A DNA stretch of 63,678 nt, filler included, from Deltaproteobacteria bacterium (GTDB lineage: Bacteria > JACQOV01): NCBI GenBank assembly GCA_016202395.1. It is 5 parts of 5 records of this genome, joined end to end, with 100 filler letters (N's around TTAATTAATTAA, not from the genome) between each part and the next. Parts side by side here need not be neighbours in the genome. Positions count along the whole stretch, not along the records: positions 48,876 to 63,678 come from JACQOV010000052.1; 4 more parts are not named here. The stretch is one strand, 5' to 3'. Positions 55,657 through 63,678 of the stretch are shown in pieces. The translations under genes were made by a program, and so were the position numbers. Position 1 is the stretch's first letter. Each line of letters begins with the position of its first letter. The notes under the pieces are model-generated. The model saw only the letters and a list, made by a program, of their open reading frames with translations, had not been told where the DNA came from and searched no databases.

Positions 55657-56441
55657 AACTTTCTTCTCAACATAGAACTTTTTCTAAAAGAGCTTCGTTC
55701 TTTCTCTTATCTTTAAGCCTACTTTTAGGGCCGGGCTGCGGAGGAAACAATGTTAAAAAAGAACCCTCCGCGGAAGAACTCTATCAAAAAGCCTTAAAAT
55801 ACATGGAACCCCGCGGACTGTTCCGAACTCGGAATTATCCATTAGCCATCGAAACTTTTGATCGATTGATCGAAGAATATCCCTTTAGCGACGAAGCCAT
55901 CCAGGCTCAGCTTCGAATCGGCGACATCCACTTTGAACAAAAAAGCTATCCGGAGGCCATTGGCTCTTATCAAGATTTTCTTCGGCTTCATCCGCGATCG
56001 CCGGAAAGAGAACAACTGCTTTATCGGATTGGAATTTCTTACTGCGAACAGATAGGAGCCATCGATCGCGATCAAAACAATACCGTTCAAGCAACGAAGT
56101 ATCTAAAACAATTCCTCCAAGAATATTCTAGTTCGGATAAAGCCCCTGAAATGGAGAAGAAACTGAAGGATGCGGAAGGAAGATTGATGGAACGCCAGAT
56201 CTATATTGGCCGATTTTATTTCCGGAATAAAGAATATCAATCCGCCTGGCATCGTTTTGAAAATGTGTTGGAGAGTTTAAAGGAAGACTCGCCTTTACGC
56301 CCCAAGGTCCTTTACTACGCGGCCCTTTCACTCGAAAAGATCGGGGAAGAAGAGCAAGCTTCGAAGTTTTACGAAGAACTCGTTACACATTTTCCCGATG
56401 ATAAGCATGCTTCCCGCGCCCAACGATCGCTCGAAAAATAA
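55653..56441 (+). CDS. bamD: Outer membrane assembly lipoprotein BamD
   Basis: Lipobox GPGC; YPFS, FLRLHP, DRDQ, IGRFY; TPR repeats. Confidence 0.88.
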   Translation: MKLSSQHRTFSKRASFFLLSLSLLLGPGCGGNNVKKEPSAEELYQKALKYMEPRGLFRTRNYPLAIETFDRLIEEYPFSDEAIQAQLRIGDIHFEQKSYPEAIGSYQDFLRLHPRSPEREQLLYRIGISYCEQIGAIDRDQNNTVQATKYLKQFLQEYSSSDKAPEMEKKLKDAEGRLMERQIYIGRFYFRNKEYQSAWHRFENVLESLKEDSPLRPKVLYYAALSLEKIGEEEQASKFYEELVTHFPDDKHASRAQRSLEK

Positions 56442-56484
56442 CATTTTAAAAAGTCTGGATTCCCGTTGACACGTGAATGACAAC

Positions 56485-57309
56485 TCAACCAACGCGGTCA
56501 CTTTTTGGACGAGGAAAAAGATGATCGATAAGAAAATCTTTGACGGATCGGGGTAAAATTCTAGAAAGAAATGCCAGCAAAGAAACATCAAAATTAATCG
56601 TGATCAAGAAATGGTCTCCCTGGCACTTTTTTAGGATCCGACTCGCCGCCGTGTCCGGTGAGAGGACTTTGGAACGAATCCCTTGATTTTGTTTCATCCA
56701 TTCTGGCATCTGAGATTGCTCGCTTCGAAACTGAGGGGTATCGATATCGGCGGGACAAGCGACATAAACTTGGATCTTCCTGTGTAGTAATTCTCTTCGC
56801 AAAGATTCTGCAAAATGAATCAATCCTGCTTTAGCGGCACAATAAGCAGAATAACCTGCTAATCCTAAGAGGCCCAAAGCAGAAGAGATAATTAAAATTT
56901 TTGATCCGGGTGGGAGAAGAGGGACAAAATACTGGGCGGTAAGAATGGCGCCCCAAAGATTAGTCTCAATATCCTGCTTCATCTCATCTAATGAATGGGG
57001 AGAATGATCGCCTGAAACTAAACCCACATGAACCACACCGGCATTTAAAACGAGGCAATCGATCTTTTTCCATCGAGCCTGGATCTGCTCAGAGATCTCC
57101 TCTAAGTCTCTCGGATGGGTCACATCACCAGAGAATGTTATAGACTCATAACCCAGCGCCTTTAAGGATTGATGGGCTTGTTGGAGTCGTTCCCCATTTC
57201 GAGCGATCATCAGGGGTAGATAACCTTGAGCCGCGAGCCTTTTGCTCAAGGCCAATCCTAAACCACTGGACCCTCCTGTAATGACAGCCAGCTTTTGCTC
57301 AGAGGTCAT
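56485..57309 (-). CDS. Short-chain dehydrogenase/reductase
   Basis: TGGSSGLG, NAG, YCAAK, CPADIDTP. Confidence 0.88.
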   Translation of the reverse strand: MTSEQKLAVITGGSSGLGLALSKRLAAQGYLPLMIARNGERLQQAHQSLKALGYESITFSGDVTHPRDLEEISEQIQARWKKIDCLVLNAGVVHVGLVSGDHSPHSLDEMKQDIETNLWGAILTAQYFVPLLPPGSKILIISSALGLLGLAGYSAYCAAKAGLIHFAESLRRELLHRKIQVYVACPADIDTPQFRSEQSQMPEWMKQNQGIRSKVLSPDTAASRILKKCQGDHFLITINFDVSLLAFLSRILPRSVKDFLIDHLFPRPKSDRVG

Positions 57310-59939
57310 AAAGATTTTTCTTGGACAAAACGATAGACCGATTGCAAGGCCTCTGTAAGCCCTTGGGGCCGACTCCCGCCGGCTTGGGCAAAATCATCGC
57401 GTCCTCCGCCACTCCCTCCCACCAAAGCGGCCACCCGATTGAGAAGCTCTTTAGCGCTGTAACTCTTTTGAAGATCGGAGCTGACAGCCGCTACAAGTGA
57501 AACTTTCTCTCCGCGCCGCGCCCCTAAGACAACGATTCCCGAAGAGAGTCGTTTTCGAAGATTCTCAGCCATCTCCCGCAAATGTTTGGGATCCTCTTCA
57601 GAAACCTCTGCAGAGAGAACGGAGATGCCGTTTATCTTTTGAGCGCTCGCTAAAATATCCGGAGCTCCTCCTTGAGCTTCTTGACGCTTGAGTTTTTCGA
57701 TCTGCTGTTCTTTCTCTTTTTGAGTCTGAAGCAACTTCTGAATTCGCGATCCCAACTCGTTGGGAGCCGCCTTCAAAAGTCGAGCCGCCTCTTGAATCTC
57801 TTTTTCCATTTCCCGAACGAACTCCACCGCCCCATCACCTGTAACCGCCTCAATTCTCCGAACACCCGCCGCGATTCCACTTTCAGAGGTCATCTTGAAA
57901 AAACTAATATCCCCTGTCCGATCGACATGAGTCCCTCCACAGAGCTCTTTGCTAAACCCTGGAACCTCGATCACTCGCACCGTCTCTTCGTATTTGTCTC
58001 CAAAAAAGGCAAGCGCCCCTTCGTTCAAGGCCTCCTTGTACGAACGAGAATGCGGATGGAGAGGGATATTCTCGCTAATCTTCTGATTAACAAGATCCTC
58101 AACTTTCTGAATCTCCTCACTCGTCATGGAGGTAAAATGGGAAAAATCGAACCGGAGCCGATCCGGAGCAACCAGAGATCCCGCTTGCTTCACATGCGTC
58201 CCCAATACCTGGCGAAGAGCGGCGTGCATAAGATGGGTAGCGGTGTGGTTTAATCGAATCCGTTGTCTTCGAACGCCATCCACAGATAATCGAATTTGAT
58301 CTCCTCTTCGAAGCGTCCCATTTTGAACTTGAATCCGATGGACAATAAGCTTTGGAATGGGGCGTTGCGCATCCTCTACAAAACAGGAAGCGGATCGACC
58401 GGTCACCGTTCCCTGATCACCGACCTGTCCTCCCCCCTCCCCATAGAATGGGGTTTTTTCGGCAACAAGGAGTCCCTCTCCCCCTTCCGATATCTCTTCA
58501 ACCATCGAGCCGTTGGAATGCAAAGCGATGACCTTCGTTTCTTCTTCAAGTCGATCGTATCCCACAAACTCCGATTCCAACCCTAAAGAGATCAGTTGCG
58601 CAAAAGCCCCTCCCACCCCCTTTTCTCCAGAGCCCTTCCATGCCTCGCGCCCCCTTCCTTGCTGCCGCACCATCTCTTTCTCAAACCCTTTCGAATCGAG
58701 TTGGAAACCCTGATCGGCAAGGAGGGTCTCCGTGAGATCCACAGGGAAGCCATAGGTGTCGTACAAACGGAAAGCGATCCCGCCTGGAAAAATTCTGGAA
58801 CGTTTCTTCTGGAGTTGCTTAATCTCCTCAGAAAGGATCTGAAGCCCTCGATCGAGCGTCTCTAAGAATCGCTCCTCCTCCACACGAATCACTTTGGAGA
58901 TGTGTTCCTCAGCCCCTTTCAACTCCGGATAAACCGCCTGCATCTCCGAAACGACAACAGAAGAGAGGAGGTAAAGAAAAGGCTCTTCCAGTCCTAAGAG
59001 TTTTCCATGACGGGCCGCTCTTCGCATGATCCGACGCAAGACATAGCCTCGACCTTCATTGGAAGGAAGAACTCCATCCCCAATCAAAAAGGCCACCGCC
59101 CGAGCATGATCGGCAATCACTCGAAATGAGGCCGGATTTTCTGGATAAGACCGCCCCGTCTCTCTTTCCAGTCGCTGTAAGAGAGGATAAAAAAGATCGG
59201 TATCGTAATTGGTGGGGACCCCTTGAACAATCGCTGTCAATCGCTCTAGGCCCATCCCGGTATCGATGCTCGGCTTCGGGAGCGACTTTAACTTCCCTGA
59301 GGCATCTCGCTCCAACTGCATGAAGACAAGGTTCCAGATCTCAAGATAACGATCGCAGTCGCACCCTACATCACACGTCGTTTTACCACAGCTCAATGAG
59401 GCCCCTTGATCATAGATCAACTCTGAACAAGGCCCACAGGGCCCCGTCTCCCCCATGGCCCAAAAATTGTCCTCTTCACCCAATCGTCGGATTCGAGATT
59501 TCTCGAGACCGATCTCTTGGTTCCAGATCTTGAACGCCTCGTCATCCTCTTTGTAAACAGTGGCATAGAGCCGCTCTTTTTCTAATCCAACCCGTTGAGT
59601 CAAAAATTCCCACGCGTAGCCAATCGCCTCTCGTTTGAAATAATCCCCAAAGGAGAAATTCCCCAACATCTCAAAGAAGGTGTGATGGCGCGCTGTGTGA
59701 CCCACATTCTCAAGATCGTTGTGTTTGCCACCGGCCCGAACACATCGTTGATAGGAAGCCGCCCTAGAATAATCGCGTCGCTCCTCTCCTAAGAAAACCC
59801 TTTTAAACGGAACCATTCCGGCATTAGTAAATAGAAGCGTGGGGTCTTGATGCGGGATCAACGAAGCGCTTGGAACAAGGGCATGCCCCTTCTCCTGAAA
59901 ATAATCGAGGAATCTTTGCCTTAGCTCCGCGCCTCTCAT
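57306..59939 (-). CDS. alaS: Alanine-tRNA ligase
   Basis: DPTLLFTNAGM, RHHTFFEMLGNFSFGDYFK, NHTATHL, ELCGGTH, GGGR...AQAGG; ATG 59939. Confidence 0.97.
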   Translation of the reverse strand: MRGAELRQRFLDYFQEKGHALVPSASLIPHQDPTLLFTNAGMVPFKRVFLGEERRDYSRAASYQRCVRAGGKHNDLENVGHTARHHTFFEMLGNFSFGDYFKREAIGYAWEFLTQRVGLEKERLYATVYKEDDEAFKIWNQEIGLEKSRIRRLGEEDNFWAMGETGPCGPCSELIYDQGASLSCGKTTCDVGCDCDRYLEIWNLVFMQLERDASGKLKSLPKPSIDTGMGLERLTAIVQGVPTNYDTDLFYPLLQRLERETGRSYPENPASFRVIADHARAVAFLIGDGVLPSNEGRGYVLRRIMRRAARHGKLLGLEEPFLYLLSSVVVSEMQAVYPELKGAEEHISKVIRVEEERFLETLDRGLQILSEEIKQLQKKRSRIFPGGIAFRLYDTYGFPVDLTETLLADQGFQLDSKGFEKEMVRQQGRGREAWKGSGEKGVGGAFAQLISLGLESEFVGYDRLEEETKVIALHSNGSMVEEISEGGEGLLVAEKTPFYGEGGGQVGDQGTVTGRSASCFVEDAQRPIPKLIVHRIQVQNGTLRRGDQIRLSVDGVRRQRIRLNHTATHLMHAALRQVLGTHVKQAGSLVAPDRLRFDFSHFTSMTSEEIQKVEDLVNQKISENIPLHPHSRSYKEALNEGALAFFGDKYEETVRVIEVPGFSKELCGGTHVDRTGDISFFKMTSESGIAAGVRRIEAVTGDGAVEFVREMEKEIQEAARLLKAAPNELGSRIQKLLQTQKEKEQQIEKLKRQEAQGGAPDILASAQKINGISVLSAEVSEEDPKHLREMAENLRKRLSSGIVVLGARRGEKVSLVAAVSSDLQKSYSAKELLNRVAALVGGSGGGRDDFAQAGGSRPQGLTEALQSVYRFVQEKSL

Positions 59940-59943
59940 GAGA

Positions 59944-61014
59944 CTAAGCCGTTCCCACTTTGGTCTTTTCTTGAGGCCTTTCAGAGGCTTTAGCAGAAAC
60001 TGCAGGAAAAATCCCAGAGGCCTCTCGGATCTTCGCCTCGATGGCCTGAGCCACTTTGACGTTCTCCTTAAGATAGGCAACGGCGGCCTCGCGCCCCTGA
60101 CTGATCCGATTGCCACCGTAAGAGTACCATGCTCCCGATTTCTCCACGATTCCACGATCGGCAGCCACATCCAGGATGTCCCCCTCTCTCGAAATTCCCA
60201 CCCCATAGAGGATGTCAAATTCCGCCTCTTTAAAAGGAGGAGCCACCTTGTTTTTTACCACACGGACGCGGGCACGGTTGCCAATGACCTCCTCACCGTT
60301 CTTGATCGAGGCCAGGCGCCGAATATCAAGCCGAATGGAGGCATAGAACTTGAGGGCATTCCCACCGGTCGTTGTCTCAGGGTTCCCAAACATCACCCCC
60401 AGTTTCATCCGGAGCTGATTAATAAAAATGACCATCGTTCTTGACTTGCTAATAGTGGCAGTGAGTTTCCTTAAGGCCTGGGACATGAGCCGAGCTTGAG
60501 ATCCCATCTGAGCATCTCCCATCTCCCCTTCGATCTCGGATCGAGGAACCAAGGCCGCCACGGAATCGATGACCACAATATCGATCGCGCCACTACGAAC
60601 CAGAGTATCGGCGATCTCTAAGGCCTGCTCTCCGGTATCGGGCTGAGAGATCAAAAGATCCTCAATCCGCACCCCCAATTTCTTAGCGTATTGGACATCG
60701 AGGGCATGCTCCGCATCGATAAAGGCAGACACCCCTCCCCCTTTTTGGACCTCAGCAATGGCGTGGAGGGCCAGCGTGGTTTTCCCTGAAGACTCCGGCC
60801 CGTAGATCTCAATCACGCGCCCTCGCGGGAGCCCCCCCACCCCCAGCGCAAGGTCTAAGGAGATCGACCCCGTGCTCACTACCTGGATCCCCTGCTGGGC
60901 TGCTTCCTCCGCCCCTAGGCGCATAATGGCCCCTTTGCCAAACTGCTTTTCGATGGCGATAACGGCTAAATCGATCGCTTTTTTGCGGTTTACCTCAACG
61001 GTTGGACTGGTCAT
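59944..61014 (-). CDS. recA: Recombinase A
   Basis: [40 protein letters not shown]. Confidence 0.98.
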   Translation of the reverse strand: MTSPTVEVNRKKAIDLAVIAIEKQFGKGAIMRLGAEEAAQQGIQVVSTGSISLDLALGVGGLPRGRVIEIYGPESSGKTTLALHAIAEVQKGGGVSAFIDAEHALDVQYAKKLGVRIEDLLISQPDTGEQALEIADTLVRSGAIDIVVIDSVAALVPRSEIEGEMGDAQMGSQARLMSQALRKLTATISKSRTMVIFINQLRMKLGVMFGNPETTTGGNALKFYASIRLDIRRLASIKNGEEVIGNRARVRVVKNKVAPPFKEAEFDILYGVGISREGDILDVAADRGIVEKSGAWYSYGGNRISQGREAAVAYLKENVKVAQAIEAKIREASGIFPAVSAKASERPQEKTKVGTA

Positions 61015-61076
61015 TGAAAACCTCCCTTAAAAATGTTGATTTTAACCTACCATACTTTCCTTCGGCATTCCAGAGG

Positions 61077-61655
61077 CTAATGTTGCGTGGTCTTTAAAAA
61101 AAATCTGTGAATCTCTTTATGAAGGGGACCATGGATGCGCAGTTGGCTCTCGTAGAAGATGAGATGATCCACGGTGAAGGAGCCATACTCCTCCTTCTCC
61201 AAGGCGCGAGCCAAATTGACCAATTTCAATTGATTCTTGGGGGATTTGACTCTCCCCAGGGTGCAATGAGGCTTAAGAAGATGCTCTTCTCGAGGGAATC
61301 CGATCTTCTCTAATGAATCCAAGACCCCTTCATAGAGTTGAACCAAGGCCTCCCCCCCTTGCAGCCCCGTCCAAACCACACGGGGTCGAGTCCAAGAAGG
61401 GAAAGCGCCTAATCCACGGACGAAAATATGGAATGGGGAAATCTCTGAGACAACCTCTGTTACTTTTTCAATGGCCTGAGAGACCTGGGACGGATCGATC
61501 CCTTCCCAAAAGGCCAGGGTCACATGACTCTGCTCCAGATGGGCCCAGCGGACATCAGCTTGAGAGGTCCGGAGATGACTTTGGAGCCTCTCCAAAATCT
61601 CCCTTATCTCTTGAGACAGAGGAATGGCAATGAATGTTCGCATATTATTGGGCAC
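61077..61655 (-). CDS. thpR: RNA 2',3'-cyclic phosphodiesterase (2H family)
   Basis: MRTFIAI, HVT and HCT motifs; start may be ATG 61643. Confidence 0.9.
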   Translation of the reverse strand: MPNNMRTFIAIPLSQEIREILERLQSHLRTSQADVRWAHLEQSHVTLAFWEGIDPSQVSQAIEKVTEVVSEISPFHIFVRGLGAFPSWTRPRVVWTGLQGGEALVQLYEGVLDSLEKIGFPREEHLLKPHCTLGRVKSPKNQLKLVNLARALEKEEYGSFTVDHLIFYESQLRIHGPLHKEIHRFFLKTTQH

Positions 61656-62897
61656 CTATTTTAAAAGATACCGACGGACTCGATCGAGGGCCACCTCCGA
61701 GCTCATCCGTTTAATCTGATCCCGAGTTCCCCGAAAAAGATACTTCTTCTCCTCGACTTTTGTTTTGTCGGCTAAAGCAACATGAACCGTCCCCACCGGT
61801 TTTTCCTCGCTCCCACCGGAAGGGCCTGCAATCCCAGTGATGGCAAGTCCGAGATCAGCCTGACTTCGAGCCAAAATCCCACGAGCCATGGCCTCTGCCA
61901 CAGGGCCACTCACTGAGCCGTACTGTTGAATCAAGCCCACAGGGACCCCTAAAAGATCGGTTTTCGCAGAATGACTGTAAACCACCACCCCCCGATCAAA
62001 ATAATCGGAACTCCCCAAAATGTTCGTTATCCGGTCCGCAACCAACCCTCCCGTGCAAGATTCCGCAACAGCCAATTTCAACCCACGGTTTCGGAGAGAG
62101 TCTCCCACAACCTTTTCTAACTCCTCTTTACCCTCTCCAAAAATAAATTCCCCAAGCAGATGTCGGACCCTTTCCCGGACTCGGGCCTTTCTTTCCTCAA
62201 GTTCTCTGGAATCGGAAGCTCGGATCAAAAACCGAACATGGGTTTCGGGATATCGGGCGCGCAAGCCCCAATAGGCAAATGAAAACTCTTGACCGATCCC
62301 ACGCAACAGAGTGTCGACCTCTGACTCCGGAAGGCCAAAGGTCCTGTAAGTGACAAGCTCCAACAACTCTTTCGCAGGATAGCGCTGCAAAAGTCTAGGC
62401 TTGAGCTCCTGTTGAAACATCGGTTGAAGTTCGCTGGGCACCCCTGGGAGACAACAGACCGTTCTTCTTCCCACCGCTACCATAAACCCTGGAGCCGTTC
62501 CTCGATTATTCGCAAGAATCTCGGCCCCTCGAGGGAGATAAGCCTGTCTTTCATTGTTGGGCATCATCGTCCGCCCTAAATACTCAAAAATAGCGCGGAT
62601 CCGCTCCAGTGATTCTGGATGAAGTTCTAAGGGGATCCCTAACGCCGCAGCCACAGACTCCGTGGTCCGGTCGTCCTCGGTAGGCCCCAATCCCCCCGTA
62701 ATCAGAACAAGATCAAACTCTTGGAGCGCTTGCCTCACTGTTTCTTGAATCTCTTCCCTCACATCCCCTACGGTAAGATGGGCTCGAACAGGGATGCCCA
62801 AAGCGAGAAGCTCCTCAGAAAGAGTGGCGGCGTTGGTGTTAACAACCGTTCCCGTTAAAAGCTCCTCCCCAATAGAAATCAGAATAGCCCGGATCAT
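61656..62897 (-). CDS. cinA: Competence/damage-inducible protein CinA (with PncC domain)
   Basis: IGEELL, GGLGPTEDD, LPGVPSE, AESCTGG, TGIAGP. Confidence 0.95.
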   Translation of the reverse strand: MIRAILISIGEELLTGTVVNTNAATLSEELLALGIPVRAHLTVGDVREEIQETVRQALQEFDLVLITGGLGPTEDDRTTESVAAALGIPLELHPESLERIRAIFEYLGRTMMPNNERQAYLPRGAEILANNRGTAPGFMVAVGRRTVCCLPGVPSELQPMFQQELKPRLLQRYPAKELLELVTYRTFGLPESEVDTLLRGIGQEFSFAYWGLRARYPETHVRFLIRASDSRELEERKARVRERVRHLLGEFIFGEGKEELEKVVGDSLRNRGLKLAVAESCTGGLVADRITNILGSSDYFDRGVVVYSHSAKTDLLGVPVGLIQQYGSVSGPVAEAMARGILARSQADLGLAITGIAGPSGGSEEKPVGTVHVALADKTKVEEKKYLFRGTRDQIKRMSSEVALDRVRRYLLK

Positions 62898-63382
62898 AAA
62901 ACCCACCTCTCAAAGATCCACAAACCAAGACAAGCATACCCTCCTGCCATAAGATCGTCGATCATTACCCCCAAGCCACCCGGAAAATACCCCTCACTCC
63001 AACGAATAGGAAAAGGTTTCCAGATGTCAAAGAGGCGGAAAAAGAGAAAACCTAAAATAACGGAGAAGAGGGATCCTGACGCGGCCAAAAGGGTGACAAG
63101 GAGCCCTGCCACTTCATCGATCACGATTTTTTGGCTATCTTTTTTTCCCGTTTCTCGCCCTACCCGTTCCGCAGACCAGATTCCCGCTAGGATGACAACG
63201 AATAAGGTGAAAAAATAAAGAGGAAAAGAAGATCTTGAAAGTAAAAGGTAGAGGAAAACTCCTCCGAGGGTTCCCATGGTTCCTGGGGCCACAGGAGAGA
63301 GCCCCAATCCCCCTGCCGTCGCAATCGTCCAGTAGAGCGCTCGAATCACCGTGAGGGTAGAGCGTAGTTCCGCAGCCCCCAT
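62894..63382 (-). CDS. pgpA: Phosphatidylglycerophosphatase A
   Basis: APGTMGT, IVIDEVAG, FRLFDIWKP, GVMIDD. Confidence 0.95.
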   Translation of the reverse strand: MGAAELRSTLTVIRALYWTIATAGGLGLSPVAPGTMGTLGGVFLYLLLSRSSFPLYFFTLFVVILAGIWSAERVGRETGKKDSQKIVIDEVAGLLVTLLAASGSLFSVILGFLFFRLFDIWKPFPIRWSEGYFPGGLGVMIDDLMAGGYACLGLWIFERWVL

Positions 63383-63394
63383 TTGTCAATTAGA

Positions 63395-63556
63395 GAGGTG
63401 GGAAAAGTTCGCGCGGCTCCGAAGCTCCGGTCGCACCCTTCCGGAGCGAGCCGGCGGGAAAAAGCCTTCCGGTATAACCGGCTTTCCTCGCCCGGCTCGC
63501 CCTCGGTGGGTACCCGCTCCCTCTCGCTAGTCGCCGCTCTGAACTTTTCCCACCTC
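63395..63556 (-). repeat. Family C copy C2
   Basis: Perfect 16-bp terminal IR GAGGTGGGAAAAGTTC. Confidence 0.92.
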
Positions 63557-63577
63557 CTCCAAATTCTAGCTCTATGG

Positions 63578-63678
63578 ATTCACTGGAATGTTTTTTTGAG
63601 CGAACGCCGCAAGATTTTTGGGGTACCCCTCTTGGCGAAGGGAGCGTGCCCGAAGGGCCGATTTCTGCTGTTTGAGCC
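63578..63678 (+). repeat. Family A copy A5 (left half, cut by window end)
   Basis: ATTCACTGGAATGTT...CAAGATTTTTGGGGTACCCC... Confidence 0.9.

Noticed and set aside
59940-60218. N-terminal extension of AlaS overlapping recA
   Set aside because: Alternate-frame read-through; conserved AlaS begins at ATG 59939. The purD extension to 4534 is rejected likewise.
61015-61076. LexA box upstream of recA
   Set aside because: No convincing palindrome matching a LexA consensus I recognise.

Overview
The window is five separate contigs (1-10245, 10346-33222, 33323-38943, 39044-48775, 48876-63678) joined by artificial 100-nt N/TTAATTAATTAA spacers, so adjacency across a spacer is not biological. Gene content suggests a diderm bacterium of the former Deltaproteobacteria (inferred from the CIRCE-rpoH pairing, TatD-radical SAM fusion, pgpA-cinA-thpR-recA-alaS order and the 16S 5' end). 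Most of it is core genome: alr-mlaEFD-purH-purD-purE-tsaC, yacG-tamB-tamA-tmk-holB-metG-tatD, an rRNA operon start, folK, transaldolase, LPS core genes, tRNA-Arg, lptD-trpEGDCF, comEC, rpoH-bamD and the recA region. Four things stand out. (1) The right end of a probable island ending in a tRNA-Gly 3' fragment, carrying tandem M36 metalloproteases (one with an N-terminal 8-repeat propeller) and a shell-less RHS protein: signal peptide + RHS core + HExxH domain. (2) At least five families of 120-280 bp rod-like palindromic elements with compensatory base changes, GNA-triloop tips, nested insertions and shared termini. One is read in frame at the 5' end of tamA and two supply the stop codons of trpF and comEC. 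(3) Three sensorless receiver-kinase genes with complementary dead sites (His->Gln in one, Asp->Ser in the next, third intact). (4) An MlaD with a predicted C-terminal beta-barrel and no neighbouring mlaA/mlaC. All calls come from motif recognition by eye; no database searches or folding programs were run.
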